Below the pieces are notes generated by a model. That model was given only the letters and a program-made list of their open reading frames with translations, was not told the origin of the DNA and ran no database searches. DNA of 64,000 bases. It comes from Nemertoderma westbladi (taxonomy: Eukaryota; Animalia; Xenacoelomorpha). Shown piece after piece: positions 51,301 to 64,000 of this stretch (position 1 is the stretch's first letter; each line of letters begins with the position of its first letter). The stretch lies in assembly GCA_032718475.1 (NCBI GenBank), contig JAUCBJ010006329.1, positions 124,001 to 188,000 on the forward strand, given 5' to 3'. A program made the translations under genes and the position numbers.

Positions 51301-54300
51301 GCTACTTATCTCTTCATTCTGAGAGCCTCAAAAAGGGGGTGTTCCGACGCAATCAAAATTCATCCATCTCCTGGGGCAAGACGAAGCAAATAACAGCTGA
51401 TTACTTCTATAAAGGAAAGTGTTACCTGTTCTTATGACTTTCGATTAAGATTCTCTATCTCGTGGAGTGGATTAGAAGTGATAAATATGAAAATCGATGT
51501 GGTTTTTGAAAAAAATCAGAGGATATTTTGATAAATTATTGCTGAAAAACCCCAAGGATTTTGACATGGCTTTAATACTCATTATATTCATGAAATAGCT
51601 GAGATATTTGAGGTGAATTATTGCATTACATATTAACTTCGGCTCCAGCCGCTTTGGCAATACGATGAAACTATAATAAATATTCTAGAACACAACAATA
51701 TTAACAGGGAGATAGGCTACTTATCTCTTCACTCTGAGAGCCTCAAAAACGGGGTGTTCCGACGCAATCAAATTTCATACATCTCCAGGGGAAAGACGAA
51801 GCAAAGAACAGCTGATTACTTCTATAAATGTAAGTGTTACTTGTTCTTTTGACTTTCATTTAAGATTCGCAACCTCATGGAATGGGTTAGAAGTTATAAA
51901 TATGAAGATCGATGTGATTCTTGAAAAAAATCAAAGGATATTTTGATTAATTATCGCTGAAAAACACCAAGGATTTTGACATGGCTTTAATACTTCATTA
52001 TGTTCATGAAATAGCTGAGAAATTTGAGGTGAATTGTTGCATTATATATTAACTTCAGCTCCAGTCTCTTTGGCAATACGATGAAACTATAATAAATATT
52101 CTAGAACACAACAATATTAACAGGGAGATAGGATACTTATCTCTTCACTCTGAGAGCCTCAAAAAGGGGGTGTTCCGACGCAATCAAATTTCATACATAT
52201 CCAGGGGAAAGACGAAGCAAAGAACAGCTGATTACTTCTATAAATGTAAGTGTTACCTGTTCTTTTGACATTCATTTAAGATTCACTATCACATGGAGTG
52301 GGTTAGAAGTTATAAATATAAAAATCAATGTGGTTTTTGAAAAAAATCAAAGGATATTTTGATTAATTATTGCTGAAAAACCCCAAGGATTTTGACATGG
52401 CTTTAATACTTCATTATGTTCATGAAATAGCTGAGATACTTGAGGTGAATTGTTGCATTATATATTAACTTCAGCTCCAGTCTCTTTGGCAATACGATGA
52501 AACTATAATAAATATTCTAGAACACAACAATATTAACAGGGAGATAGGATACTTATCTCACCACTCAGACAGCCACAGATAGGGAGGGGTGTTTTGACAC
52601 AATCAAATTCAACCATCTCCAGGGGAAAGACGAAGCAAATAACAGCTGATTACTTCTATAAATGTAAGTGTTACCTGTTTTTTGATTTTCATTTAAGATT
52701 CTCTATCTCGTGGAGTGGGATAGAAGTCATGAATATGAAAATCGATGTCGTTTTTTGTAAAAAATCAGAGGAGATTTTGATAAATTATTGCAGAAAAACA
52801 CCAAGGATTTTGACATGGCTTTAATACTTCATTATGTTCATGAAATAGCTGAGAAATTTGAGGTGAATTATTGCATTATATATTAACTTCAGCTCCAGTC
52901 TCTTTGGCAATACGATGAAACTATAATAAATATTCTAGAACATAACAATATTAACAGGGAGATAGGCTACTTATCTCTTCACTCTGAGAGCCTCAAAAAG
53001 GGGGTGTTCCGACGCAATCAAAATTCATCCATCTCCAGGGGAAAGACGAAGCCAATAACAGCTGATTACTTCTATAAATGTAAGTGCTACCTGTTCTTTT
53101 GACTTTCATTTAAGATTCTTTATCTTTTGGAGTGGGTTAGAAGTGATGAATATGAAGAACGATGTCGTTTTTTGTAAAAAATCTGAGGATATTTTGATAA
53201 ATTATTGCTGAAAAACCCCAAGGATTTTGACATGGCTTTAATACTTCATTATGTTCATGAAATAGCTGAGAAATTGTTGGTGAGTTTTTGTATTACATAT
53301 TAACTTCGGCTCCAGCCGCTTTGGCAATACGATGAAACTATAATAAATATTCTAGAACACAACAATATTAACAGGGAGATAGGCTACTTATCTCTTCACT
53401 CTGAGAGCCTCAAAAATGGGGTGTTCCGACGCAATCAAATTTAATACATCTCCAGGGGAAAGACGAAACAAAGAACAGCTGATTACTTCTATAAATGTAA
53501 GTGTTACCTGTTCTTTTGACTTTCATTTAAGATTCTTTATCTTGTGGAGTGGGTTAGAAGTCATGAATAAGAAAATCGATTTAGTTTTTTGTAAAAAATC
53601 TGAGGATATTTTGATAAATTATTGCTGAAAACCCCCAAGGATTTTGACATGGCTTTAATACTCATAATATTCATGAAATAGCTGAGAAATTTGAGGTGAA
53701 TTATTGTATCACATATTAATTTCGGCTCCAGCCGCTTTGGCAATACGATGAAACTATAATAAATAATTCTACAACAGAACAATATTAACAGGGAAATAGG
53801 CTACTCATCTCTTCACTCTGACAGCCTCAAAAAGGGGGTGTTCCGACGCAATCAAAATTCATCCATCTCCAGGGGAATGACGAAGCAAAGAACAGCTGAT
53901 TACTTCTATAAATGTAAGTGTTACCTGTTCTTTTGACTTTCATTTAAGATTCGCTATCTCGTGGAGTGGATTAGAAGTTATAAATATGAAAATCGATGTG
54001 GTTTTTGAAAAAATCAGAGGATATTTTGATAAATTATTGCTGAAAAACCCCAAGGATTTTGACATGGCTTTAATACTTCATTATATTCATGAAATAGCTG
54101 AGATATTTGAGGTGAATTATTGTATCACATATTAACTTCGGCTCCAGGCGCTTTGGCAATACGATGAAACTATAATATATATTCTAGAACACAACAATAC
54201 TAACAGGGAGATAGGCTACTTATCTCTTCACTATGAGAGCCTCAAAAAGGGGGTGTTCCGACGCAATCAAAATTCATCCATCTCCAGGGGAAAGACGAAG

Positions 54301-57300
54301 CAAATAACAGCTGATTACTTCTATAAATGTAAGTGTTACCTGTTTTTTGATTTTCATTTAAGATTCTCTATCTCGTGGAGTGGGATAGAAGTCATGAATA
54401 TGAAAATCGATGTCGTTTTTTGTAAAAAATCAGAGGAGATTTTGATAAATTATTGCAGAAAAACACCAAGGATTTTGACATGGCTTTAATACTTCATTAT
54501 GTTCATGAAATAGCTGAGATATTTGAGGTGAATTATTGCGTTACATATTAACTTTGGCTCCAGCCGCTTTGGCAATACGATGAAACTATAATAAAAATTC
54601 TAGATCACAACAATATTAACAGGGAGATAGGCTACTTATCTCTTCACTCTGAGAGCCTCAAAAACGGGGTGTTCCTACGCAATCAAATTTCATCCATCTC
54701 CAGGGGAAAGACGAAGCCAATAACAGCTGATTACTTCTATAAATGTAAGTGCTACCTGTTCTTTTGACTTTCATTTAAGATTCTTTATATTTTGGAGTGG
54801 GTTAGAAGTCATGAATATGAAGAACGATGTCGTTTTTTGTAAAAAATCTGAGGATAATTTGATAAATTATTGCTGAAAAACCCCAAGGATTTTGACATGG
54901 CTTTAATACTTCATTATGTTCATGAAATAGCTGAGAAATTTGAGGTGAGTTTTTGTATTACATATTAACTTCGGCTCCAGCCGCTTTGGCAATACGATGA
55001 AACTATAATAAATATTCTAGAACACAACAATATTAACAGGGAGATAGGCTACTTATCTCTTCACTCTGAGAGCCTCAAAAACGGGGTGTTCCGACGCAAT
55101 CAAATTTAATACATCTCCAGGGGAAAGACGAAGCAAAGAACAGCTGATTACTTCTATAAATGTAAGTGTTACCTGTTCTTTTGACTTTCATTTAAGATTC
55201 GCAACCTCATTGAGCGGGTTAGAAGTGATAAATATGAAGATCGATGTGGTTTTTGAAAAAAATCAAAGGATATTTTGGTAAATTATTGCTGAAAAACCCC
55301 AAGGATTTTGACATGGCTTTAATACTCATTATATTCATGAAATAGCTGAGATATTTGAGGTGAATTATTGCATTACATATTAACTTTGGCTCCAGCCGCT
55401 TTGGCAATACGATGAAACTATAATAAAAATTCTAGACACAACAATATTAACAGGGAGATAGGCTACTTATCTCTTCACTCTGAGAGCCTCAAAAATGGGG
55501 TGTTCCGACGCAATCAAATTTAATACATCTCCAGGGGAAAGACGAAGCAAAGAACAGCTGATTACTTCTATAAATGTAAGTGTTACCTGTTCTTTTGACT
55601 TTCATTTAAGATTCTTTATCTTGTGGAGTGGGTTAGAAGTCATGAATAAGAAAATCGATTTAGTTTTTTGTAAAAAATCTGAGGATATTTTGATAAATTA
55701 TTGCTGAAAACCCCCAAGGATTTTGACATGGCTTTAATACTCATAATATTCATGAAATAGCTGAGAAATTTGAGGTGAATTATTGTATCACATATTAATT
55801 TCGGCTCCAGCCGCTTTGGCAATACGATGAAACTATAATAAATAATTCTACAACAGAACAATATTAACAGGGAAATAGGCTACTCATCTCTTCACTCTGA
55901 CAGCCTCAAAAAGGGGGTGTTCCGACGCAATCAAAATTCGGGGAATGACGAAGCAAAGAACAGCTGATTACTTCTATAAATGTAAGTGTTACCTGTTCTT
56001 TTGACTTTCATTTAAGATTCGCTATCTCGTGGAGAGGATTAGAAGTTATAAATATGAAAATCGATGTGGTTTTTGAAAAAAATAAGAGGATATTTTGATA
56101 AATTATTGCTGAAAAACCCCAAGGATTTTGACATGGCTTTAATACTTCATTATATTCATGAAATAGCTGAGATATTTGAGGTGAATCATTGTATCACATA
56201 TTAACTTCGGCTCCAGGCGCTTTGGCAATACGATGAAACTATAATATATATTCTAGAACACAACAATACTAACAGGGAGATAGGCTACTTATCTCTTCAC
56301 TATGAGAGCCTCAAAAAGGGGTGTTCCGACGCAATCAAAATTCATCCATCTCCAGGGGAAAGACGAAGCAAATAATAGCTGATTACTTCTATAAATGTAA
56401 GTGTTACATGTTCTTTTGACTTTCATTTAAGATTCTTTACCTTGTGGAGTGGGTTAGAAGTCATGAATAAGAAAATCGATTTCGTTTTTTGTAAAAAATC
56501 TGAGGATATTTTGATAAATAATTGCTGAAAAACCCAAAGGATTTTGACATGGCTTTAATACTCATTATATTCATGAAATAGCTGAGATATTTGAGGTGAA
56601 TTATTGCGTTACATATTAACTTTGGCTCCAGCCGCTTTGGCAATACGATGAAACTATAATAAAAATTCTAGATCACAACAATATTAACAGGGAGATAGGC
56701 TACTTATCTCTTCACTCTGAGAGCCTCAAAAACGGGGTGTTCCTACGCAATCAAATTTCATCCATCTCCAGGGGAAAGACGAAGCCAATAACAGCTGATT
56801 ACTTCTATAAATGTAAGTGCTACCTGTTCTTTTGACTTTCATTTAAGATTCTTTATCTTTTGGAGTGGGTTAGAAGTCATGAATATGAAGAACGATGTCG
56901 TTTTTTGTAAAAAATCTGAGGATAATTTGATAAATTATTGCTGAAAAACCCCAAGGATTTTGACATGGCTTTAATACTTCATTATGTTCATGAAATAGCT
57001 GAGAAATTTGAGGTGAGTTTTTGTATTACATATTAACTTCGGCTCCAGCCGCTTTGGCAATACGATGAAACTATAATAAATATTCTAGAACACAACAATA
57101 TTAACAGGGAGATAGGCTACTTATCTCTTCACTCTGAGAGCCTCAAAAACGGGGTGTTCCGACGCAATCAAATTTAATACATCTCCAGGGGAAAGACGAA
57201 GCAAAGAACAGCTGATTACTTCTATAAATGTAAGTGTTACCTGTTCTTTGGACTTTCATTTAAGATTCGCAACCTCATTGAGTGGGTTAGAAGTGATAAA

Positions 57301-59959
57301 TATGAAGATCGATGTGGTTTTTGAAAAAAATCAAAGGATATTTTGGTAAATTATTGCTGAAAAACCCCAAGGATTTTGACATGGCTTTAATACTCATTAT
57401 ATTCATGAAATAGCTGAGATATTTGAGGTGAATTATTGCATTACATATTAACGTTGGCTCCAGCCGCTTTGGCAATACGATGAAACTATAATAAAAATTC
57501 TAGACACAACAATATTAACAGGGAGATAGGCTACTTATCTCTTCATTCTGAGAGCCTCAAAAAGTGGGTGTTCCGACGCAATCAAAATTCATCCATCTCC
57601 TGGGGAAAGACGAAGCAAATAACAGCTGATTACTTCTATAAAGGAAAGTGTTACCTGTTCTTATGACTTTCGTTTAAGATTCTCTATCTCGTGGAGTGGA
57701 TTAGAAGTGATAAATATGAAAATCGATGTGGTTTTTGAAAAAAATCAGAGGATATTTTGATAAATTATTGCTGAAAAACCCCAAGGATTTTGACATGGCT
57801 TTAATACTCATTATATTCATGAAATAGCTGAGATATTTGAGGTGAATTATTGCATTACATATTAACTTTGGCTCCAGCCGCTTTGGCAATACGATGAAAC
57901 TATAATAAAAATTCTAGACCACAACAATATTAACAGGGAGATAGGCTACTTATCTCTTCATTCTGAGAGCCTCAAAAAGGGGGTGTTCCGACGCAATCAA
58001 AATTCATCCATCTCCTGGGGAAAGACGAAGCAAATAACAGCTGATTACTTCTATAAAGGAAAGTGTTACCTGTTCTTATGACTTTCGTTTAAGATTCTCT
58101 ATCTCGTGGAGTGGATTAGAAGTGATAAATATGAAAATCGATGTGGTTTTTAAAAAAATCAGAGGATATTTTGACAAATTATTGCTGAAAAACCCCAAGG
58201 ATTTTGACATGGCTTTAATACTCATTATATTCATGAAATAGCTGAGATATTTGAGGTGAATTATTGCATTACATATTAACTTTGGCTCCAGCCGCTTTGG
58301 CAATACGATGAAACTATAATAAAAATTCTAGACCACAACAATATTAAAAGGGAGATAGGCTACTTATCTCTTCATTCTGAGAGCCTCAAAAAGGGGGTGT
58401 TCCGACGCAATCAAAATTCATCCATCTCCTGGGGAAAGACGAAGCAAATAACAGCTGATTACTTCTATAAAGGAAAGTGTTACCTGTTCTTATGACTTTC
58501 GTTTAAGATTCTCTATCTCGTGGAGTGGATTAGAAGTGATAAATATGAAAATCGATGTGGTTTTTGAAAAAAATCAGAGGATATTTTGATAAATTATTGC
58601 TGAAAAACCCCAAGGATTTTGACATGGCTTTAATACTCATTATATTCATGAAATAGCTGAGATATTTGAGGTGAATTATTGCATTACATATTAACTTTGG
58701 CTCCAGCCGCTTTGGCAATACGATGAAACTATAATAAATATTCTAGAACACAACAATATTAACAGGGAGATAGGCTACTTATCTCTCCACTCTGAGAGCC
58801 TCAAAAAGGGGGTGTTCCGACGCAATCAAATTTCATCCATCTCCAGGGGAAAGACGAAGCAAAGAATAGCTGATTTCTTCTATAAATGAAAGTGTTACCT
58901 GCTCTTTTGACTTTCATTTAAGATTCGCTATCTCATGGAGTAGGTTAGAAGTTATAAATATAAAAATTGATGTGGTTTTTGAAAAAAATCAAAGGATATT
59001 TTGATAAATTATTGCTGAAAAACCCCAAGGATTTTGACAGGGCTTTAATACTTCATTATGTTCATGAAATAGCTGAGATACTTGAGGTGAATTGTTGCAT
59101 TATATATTAACTTCAGCTCCAGTCTCTTTGGCAATACGATGAAACTATAATAAATATTCTAGAACACAACAATATTAACAGGGAGATAGGCTACTTATCT
59201 CTTCACTCTGAGAGCCTCAAAGAGGGGGTGTTCCGACGCAATCAAAATTCATCCATATCCAGGGGAAAGACGAAGCAAATAACAGCTGATTACTTCTATA
59301 AATGTAAGTGTTACCAGTTCTTTTGACTTTCATTTAAGATTCTTTATTTTGTGGAGTGGGTTAGAAGTCATGAATAAGAAAACCGATTTCGTTTTTTGTA
59401 ACAAATCTGAGGATATTTTGATAAATTATTGCTGAAAAACCCCAAGGATTTTGACATGGCTTTAATACTTCATTATGTTCATGAAAAAACTGATATATTT
59501 GAGGTGAATTAATGCATTACATAATAACTTTAACTCCAGCCACTTTAGCAATACGATGAAACTATAATAAATATTCTAGAACACAACAATATTAACATGG
59601 AGATAGGCTATTTATCTCTCCACTCAGACAGCCACAGATAGGGAGGGGTGTTTTGACACAATCAAAATTCAAACATCTCCAGGGGAAGACGAAGCAATTA
59701 ATAGCTGATAACTTCTATAAATGTAAGTGTTACCTGTTCTTTAGACTTTCGTTTAAGATTGTCGATCTCTTGGATTGGGTTAGAAGTCATGAATATGATA
59801 ATCGATGTCGTTTTTAGTAAAAAATCAGAGGAGATTTTAATAAATTATTGCTGAAAAACACCAAGGATTTTGACAAGGATTTAATACTCATTATATTCAT
59901 GAAATAGCAGAGATATTTGAGGTGAATTATTGCATTACATATTAACTTTGGCTCCAGCC
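48309..59959. repeat. Satellite DNA array, ~415 bp monomer (segment 3)
   Basis: Resumes in register at TTAACTTTGGCTCCAGCC after the LINE tail and runs to ...CTCCAGCC at 59959. Confidence 0.99.
53370..57520. repeat. Nested 5-monomer tandem duplication (2068-2079 bp) inside the 20-mer; also present at ~40000-49210 around the LINE
   Basis: ORF offsets 53416->55495 (2079), 55219->57287 (2068) and 40047->42126 (2079). The 11-bp difference equals the deletion at ~55939. The central monomer differs between the two units. Boundaries approximate. Confidence 0.82.
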
Positions 59960-59960
59960 A

Positions 59961-60275
59961 AAATATAATAATAATATAAAGCAGCTTCGGCTCAACCATG
60001 TACATAAAGTTTTCAATGATAACTGCCCTAAATACTTAAATCAAAAATTTACCAAACTGAGTGATACACATTCATACGGCACCAGAGCCAGCACATCAAA
60101 TTTTTATGTTCCCAATTGTATATCCTTTGAAAGCGAAACATTTTTCTTTAATGGAATAAAGAATTGGAATTCCTTACCGAATAACATTAAAAATATTAAA
60201 AATGAACATGCCTTTAAGTCTGCAGTAAAATCCCATCTCCAAGACCAGTGCAAATTCTTATATAGCAGTATTTAG
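59961..60275 (+). pseudogene. C-terminal remnant of a LINE ORF2 (about 100 codons, no start; absent from the ORF track)
   Basis: Hand translation: ...IKQLRLNHVHKVFNDNCPKYLNQKFTKLSDTHSYGTRASTSNFYVPNCISFESETFFFNGIKNWNSLPNNIKNIKNEHAFKSAVKSHLQDQCKFLYSSI*. The motifs P.YL, H.Y.TR, WNSLP..IK and FK..VK.HL are typical of CR1/L2-group ORF2 ends. Confidence 0.9.
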
Positions 60276-60419
60276 TTTAGTTCAATATTAAATAGGTGCA
60301 TGTGCAATAATTAGTAATAATGTTCAATTTTGTATTTCTTGTATCTTATTTAGTTTAAATTATATAATTATTCTATATACAGTAGTTAGTTTAGTTTGTA
60401 TTGGTAACCAAGTAACTTG

Positions 60420-60465
60420 AAGGACCCCCTTGGAAATAAGCTGCAAAGCTTTAGGGGTTATCCTT
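60420..60465 (+). other. 3' UTR stem-loop of the truncated LINE
   Basis: AAGGA/TCCTT and CCCCT/AGGGG outer stems enclose AAGCT-GCAA-AGCTT, a GNRA tetraloop. L2-group LINEs are known to use a 3' stem-loop for RT recognition. Confidence 0.7.
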
Positions 60466-60563
60466 TATGTTATGTTGGACAATACTTACTATACATTAAT
60501 AATTTTACTGAGTTAATGTATTGGTTTCTATTGTTTGCATAATATATAAATAAATCTATCTAT

Positions 60564-63500
60564 AGCCGCTTTGGCAATACGATGAAACTATAATAAATAT
60601 TCTAGAACACAACAATATTAACAGGGAGATAGGCTACTCATCTCTTCACTCTGACAGCCTCAAAAAGGGGGTGTTCCGACGCAATCAAAATTAATCCATC
60701 TCCAGGGGAAAGACGAAGCAAAGAATAGCTGATTACTTCTATAAATGTAAGTGTTACCTGTTCTTTAGACTTTCGTTTAAGATTGTCGATCTCTTGGATT
60801 GGGTTAGAAGTCATGAATATGATAATCGATGTCGTTTTTAGTAAAAAATCAGAGGAGATTTTTATAAATTATTGCTGAAAAACACCAAGGATTTTGACAA
60901 GGATTTAATACTCATTATATTCATGAAATAGCAGAGATATTTGAGGTGAATTATTGCATTACATATTAACTTTGGCTCCAGCCGCTTTGGCAATACGATG
61001 AAACTATAATAAATATTCTAGAACACAACAATATTAACAGGGAGATAGGCTACTCATCTCTTCACTCTGACAGCCTCAAAAAGAGGGTGTTCCGACGCAA
61101 TCAAAATTAATCCATCTCCAGGGGAAAGACGAAGCAAAGAACAGCTGATTACTTCTATAAATGTAAGTTTTACCTGTTCTTTTGACTTTCATTTAAGATT
61201 CGCTATCTCATTGAGTGGGTTAGAAGTTATAAATATAAAAATCGATGTGGTTTTTGAAAAAAATCGAAGGATATTTTGATTAATTATTGCTGAAAAACAC
61301 CAAGGATTTTGACATGGCTTTAATACTTCATTATGTTCATGAAATAGCTGAGATATTTGAGGTGAATTATTGTATTACATATTAACTTTGGCTCCAGCCG
61401 CTTTGGCAATACGATGAAACTATAATAAATATTCTAGAACACAACAATATTAACAGGGAGATAGGCTACTTATCTCTTCACTCTGAGAGCCTCAAAGAGG
61501 GGGTGTTCCGACGCAATCAAAATTCATCCATATCCAGGGGAAAGACGAAGCAAATAACAGCTGATTACTTCTATAAATGTAAGTGTTACCAGTTCTTTTG
61601 ACTTTATTTAAGATTCTTTATTTTGTGGAGTGGGTTAGAAGTCATGAATAAGAAAACCGATTTCGTTTTTTGTAAAAAATCTGAGGATATTTTGATAAAT
61701 TATTGCTGAAAAACCCCAAGGATTTTGACATGGCTTTACTTCATTATGTTCATGAAATAGCTGAGATACTTGAGGTGAATTGTTGCATTATATATTAACT
61801 TCAGCTCCAGTCTCTTTGGCAATACGATGAAACTATAATAAATATTCTAGAACACAACAATATTAACAGGGAGATAGGATACTTATCTCACCACTCAGAC
61901 AGCCACAGATAGGGAGGGGTGTTTTGACACAATCAAATTCAACCATCTCCAGGGGAAAGACGAAGCAAATAACAGCTGATTACTTCTATAAATGTAAGTG
62001 TTACCTGTTTTTTGATTTTCATTTAAGATTCTCTATCTCGTGGAGTGGGATAGAAGTCATGAATATGAAAATCGATGTCGTTTTTTGTAAAAAATCAGAG
62101 GAGATTTTGATAAATTATTGCAGAAAAACACCAAGGATTTTGACATGGCTTTAATACTTCATTATGTTCATGAAATAGCTGAGAAATTTGAGGTGAATTA
62201 TTGCATTATATATTAACTTCAGCTCCAGTCTCTTTGGCAATACGATGAAACTATAATAAATATTCTAGAACATAACAATATTAACAGGGAGATAGGCTAC
62301 TTATCTCTTCACTCTGAGAGCCTCAAAAAGGGGGTGTTCCGACGCAATCAAAATTCATCCATCTCCAGGGGAAAGACGAAGCCAATAACAGCTGATTACT
62401 TCTATAAATGTAAGTGCTACCTGTTCTTTTGACTTTCATTTAAGATTCGTTATCTTTTGGAGTGGGTTAGAAGTCATGAATATGAAGAACGATGTCGTTT
62501 TTTGTAAAAAATCTGAGGATATTTTGATAAATTATTGCTGAAAAACCCCAAGGATTTTGACATGGCTTTAATACTTCATTATGTTCATGAAATAGCTGAG
62601 AAATTGTTGGTGAGTTTTTGTATTACATATTAACTTCGGCTCCAGCCGCTTTGGCAATACGATGAAACTATAATAAATATTCTAGAACACAACAATATTA
62701 ACAGGGATATAGGCTACTTATCTCTTCACTCTGAGAGCCTCAAAAATGGGGTGTTCCGACGCAATCAAATTTAATACATCTCCAGGGGAAAGACGAAGCA
62801 AAGAACAGCTGATTACTTCTATAAATGTAAGTGTTACCTGTTCTTTTGACTTTCATTTAAGATTCTTTATCTTGTGGAGTGGGTTAGAAGTCATGAATAA
62901 GAAAATCGATTTAGTTTTTTGTAAAAAATCTGAGGATATTTTGATAAATTATTGCTGAAAACCCCCAAGGATTTTGACATTGCTTTAATACTCATAATAT
63001 TCATGAAATAGCTGAGAAATTTGAGGTGAATTATTGTATCACATATTAATTTCGGCTCCAGCCGCTTTGGCAATACGATGAAACTATAATAAATAATTCT
63101 ACAACAGAACAATATTAACAGGGAAATAGGCTACTCATCTCTTCACTCTGACAGCCTCAAAAAGGGGGTGTTCCGACGCAATCAAAATTCATCCATCTCC
63201 AGGGGAATGACGAAGCAAAGAACAGCTGATTACTTCTATAAATGTAAGTGTTACCTGTTCTTTTGACTTTCATTTAAGATTCGCTATCTCGTGGAGTGGA
63301 TTAGAAGTTATAAATATGAAAATCGATGTGGTTTTTGAAAAAATCAGAGGATATTTTGATAAATTATTGCTGAAAAACCCCAAGGATTTTGACATGGCTT
63401 TAATACTTCATTATATTCATGAAATAGCTGAGATATTTGAGGTGAATTATTGTATCACATATTAACTTCGGCTCCAGGCGCTTTGGCAATACGATGAAAC

Positions 63501-64000
63501 TATAATATATATTCTAGAACACAACAATACTAACAGGGAGATAGGCTACTTATCTCTTCACTATGAGAGCCTCAAAAAGGGGTTGTTCCGACGCAATCAA
63601 AATTCATCCATCTCCAGGGGAAAGACGAAGCAAATAATAGCTGATTACTTCTATAAATGTAAGTGTTACCTGTTCTTTTGACTTTCATTTAAGATTCTTT
63701 ACCTTGTGGAGTGGGTTAGAAGTCATGAATAAGAAAATCGATTTCGTTTTTTGTAAAAAATCTGAGGATATTTTGATAAATTATTGCTGAAAAACCCAAA
63801 GGATTTTGACATGGCTTTAATACTCATTATATTCATGAAATAGCTGAGATATTTGAGGTGAATTATTGCGTTACATATTAACTTTGGCTCCAGCCGCTTT
63901 GGCAATACGATGAAACTATAATAAAAATTCTAGATCACAACAATATTAACAGGGAGATAGGCTACTTATCTCTTCACTCTGAGAGCCTCAAAAACGGGGT
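60564..64000. repeat. Satellite DNA array, ~415 bp monomer (segment 4, runs off window end)
   Basis: Resumes at AGCCGCTTTGGCAATACG after the truncated LINE. Confidence 0.99.

Larger units (their letters stand above)
36818..58510. repeat. Tandem duplication of a 20-monomer, 8307-bp block (copy 1 36818-50186 including the LINE; copy 2 50187-58493)
   Basis: Constant offset 13369 left of the LINE (37688->51057, 39225->52594, 42126->55495) and 8307 right of it (48980->57287, 49394->57701). The difference, 5062, equals the LINE length. Private variants are shared, e.g. the 11-bp deletion AAAATTCGGGGAATG at ~42570 and ~55939. Confidence 0.96.
59960..60563 (+). mobile_element. 5'-truncated LINE (604 bp), CR1/L2/Crack-like, different family from the full-length element
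   Basis: AGCC at 59956-59959 and 60564-60567 (4-bp TSD). Contains an ORF2 C-terminus, an AT-rich 3' UTR with a stem-loop, and the tail TAAATAAATCTATCTAT. Empty paralogous site near 36617. Confidence 0.92.

Noticed and set aside
1-64000. CRISPR-like array or diversity-generating cassette system linked to the RT
   Set aside because: The whole 415-bp unit is repeated with no unique spacers, there are no cas genes, and variation is not adenine-specific. The RT is an ordinary APE-type LINE ORF2 inserted secondarily.

Overview
Eukaryotic (probably invertebrate animal) heterochromatin-type window with no host genes. About 90% is a head-to-tail, single-orientation, AT-rich satellite array with a ~415-416 bp monomer (roughly 140 copies). 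It is organised into local higher-order repeats: a 409-bp run, 4-mers of 1664 and 1642 bp, 5-mers of ~2.07-2.08 kb, and a near-identical 20-mer tandem duplication of 8307 bp. Three mobile elements interrupt the array. (1) A 478-bp piggyBac-type MITE with a TTAA duplication (34813-35290). (2) An intact, apparently full-length 5062-bp two-ORF non-LTR retrotransposon (43247-48308; ORF1 515 aa, ORF2 1024 aa APE endonuclease + RT, (TAAA)n tail). (3) A 604-bp 5'-truncated LINE of a different CR1/L2/Crack-like family with an AGCC duplication (59960-60563). Each insertion has an empty-site paralogue in the same window, so events can be ordered. All three fall within about 80 bp of the monomer. The many short ORFs in the track are satellite artefacts. 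I see no clearly new biological system; the main interest is the array's evolutionary record and the young LINE.
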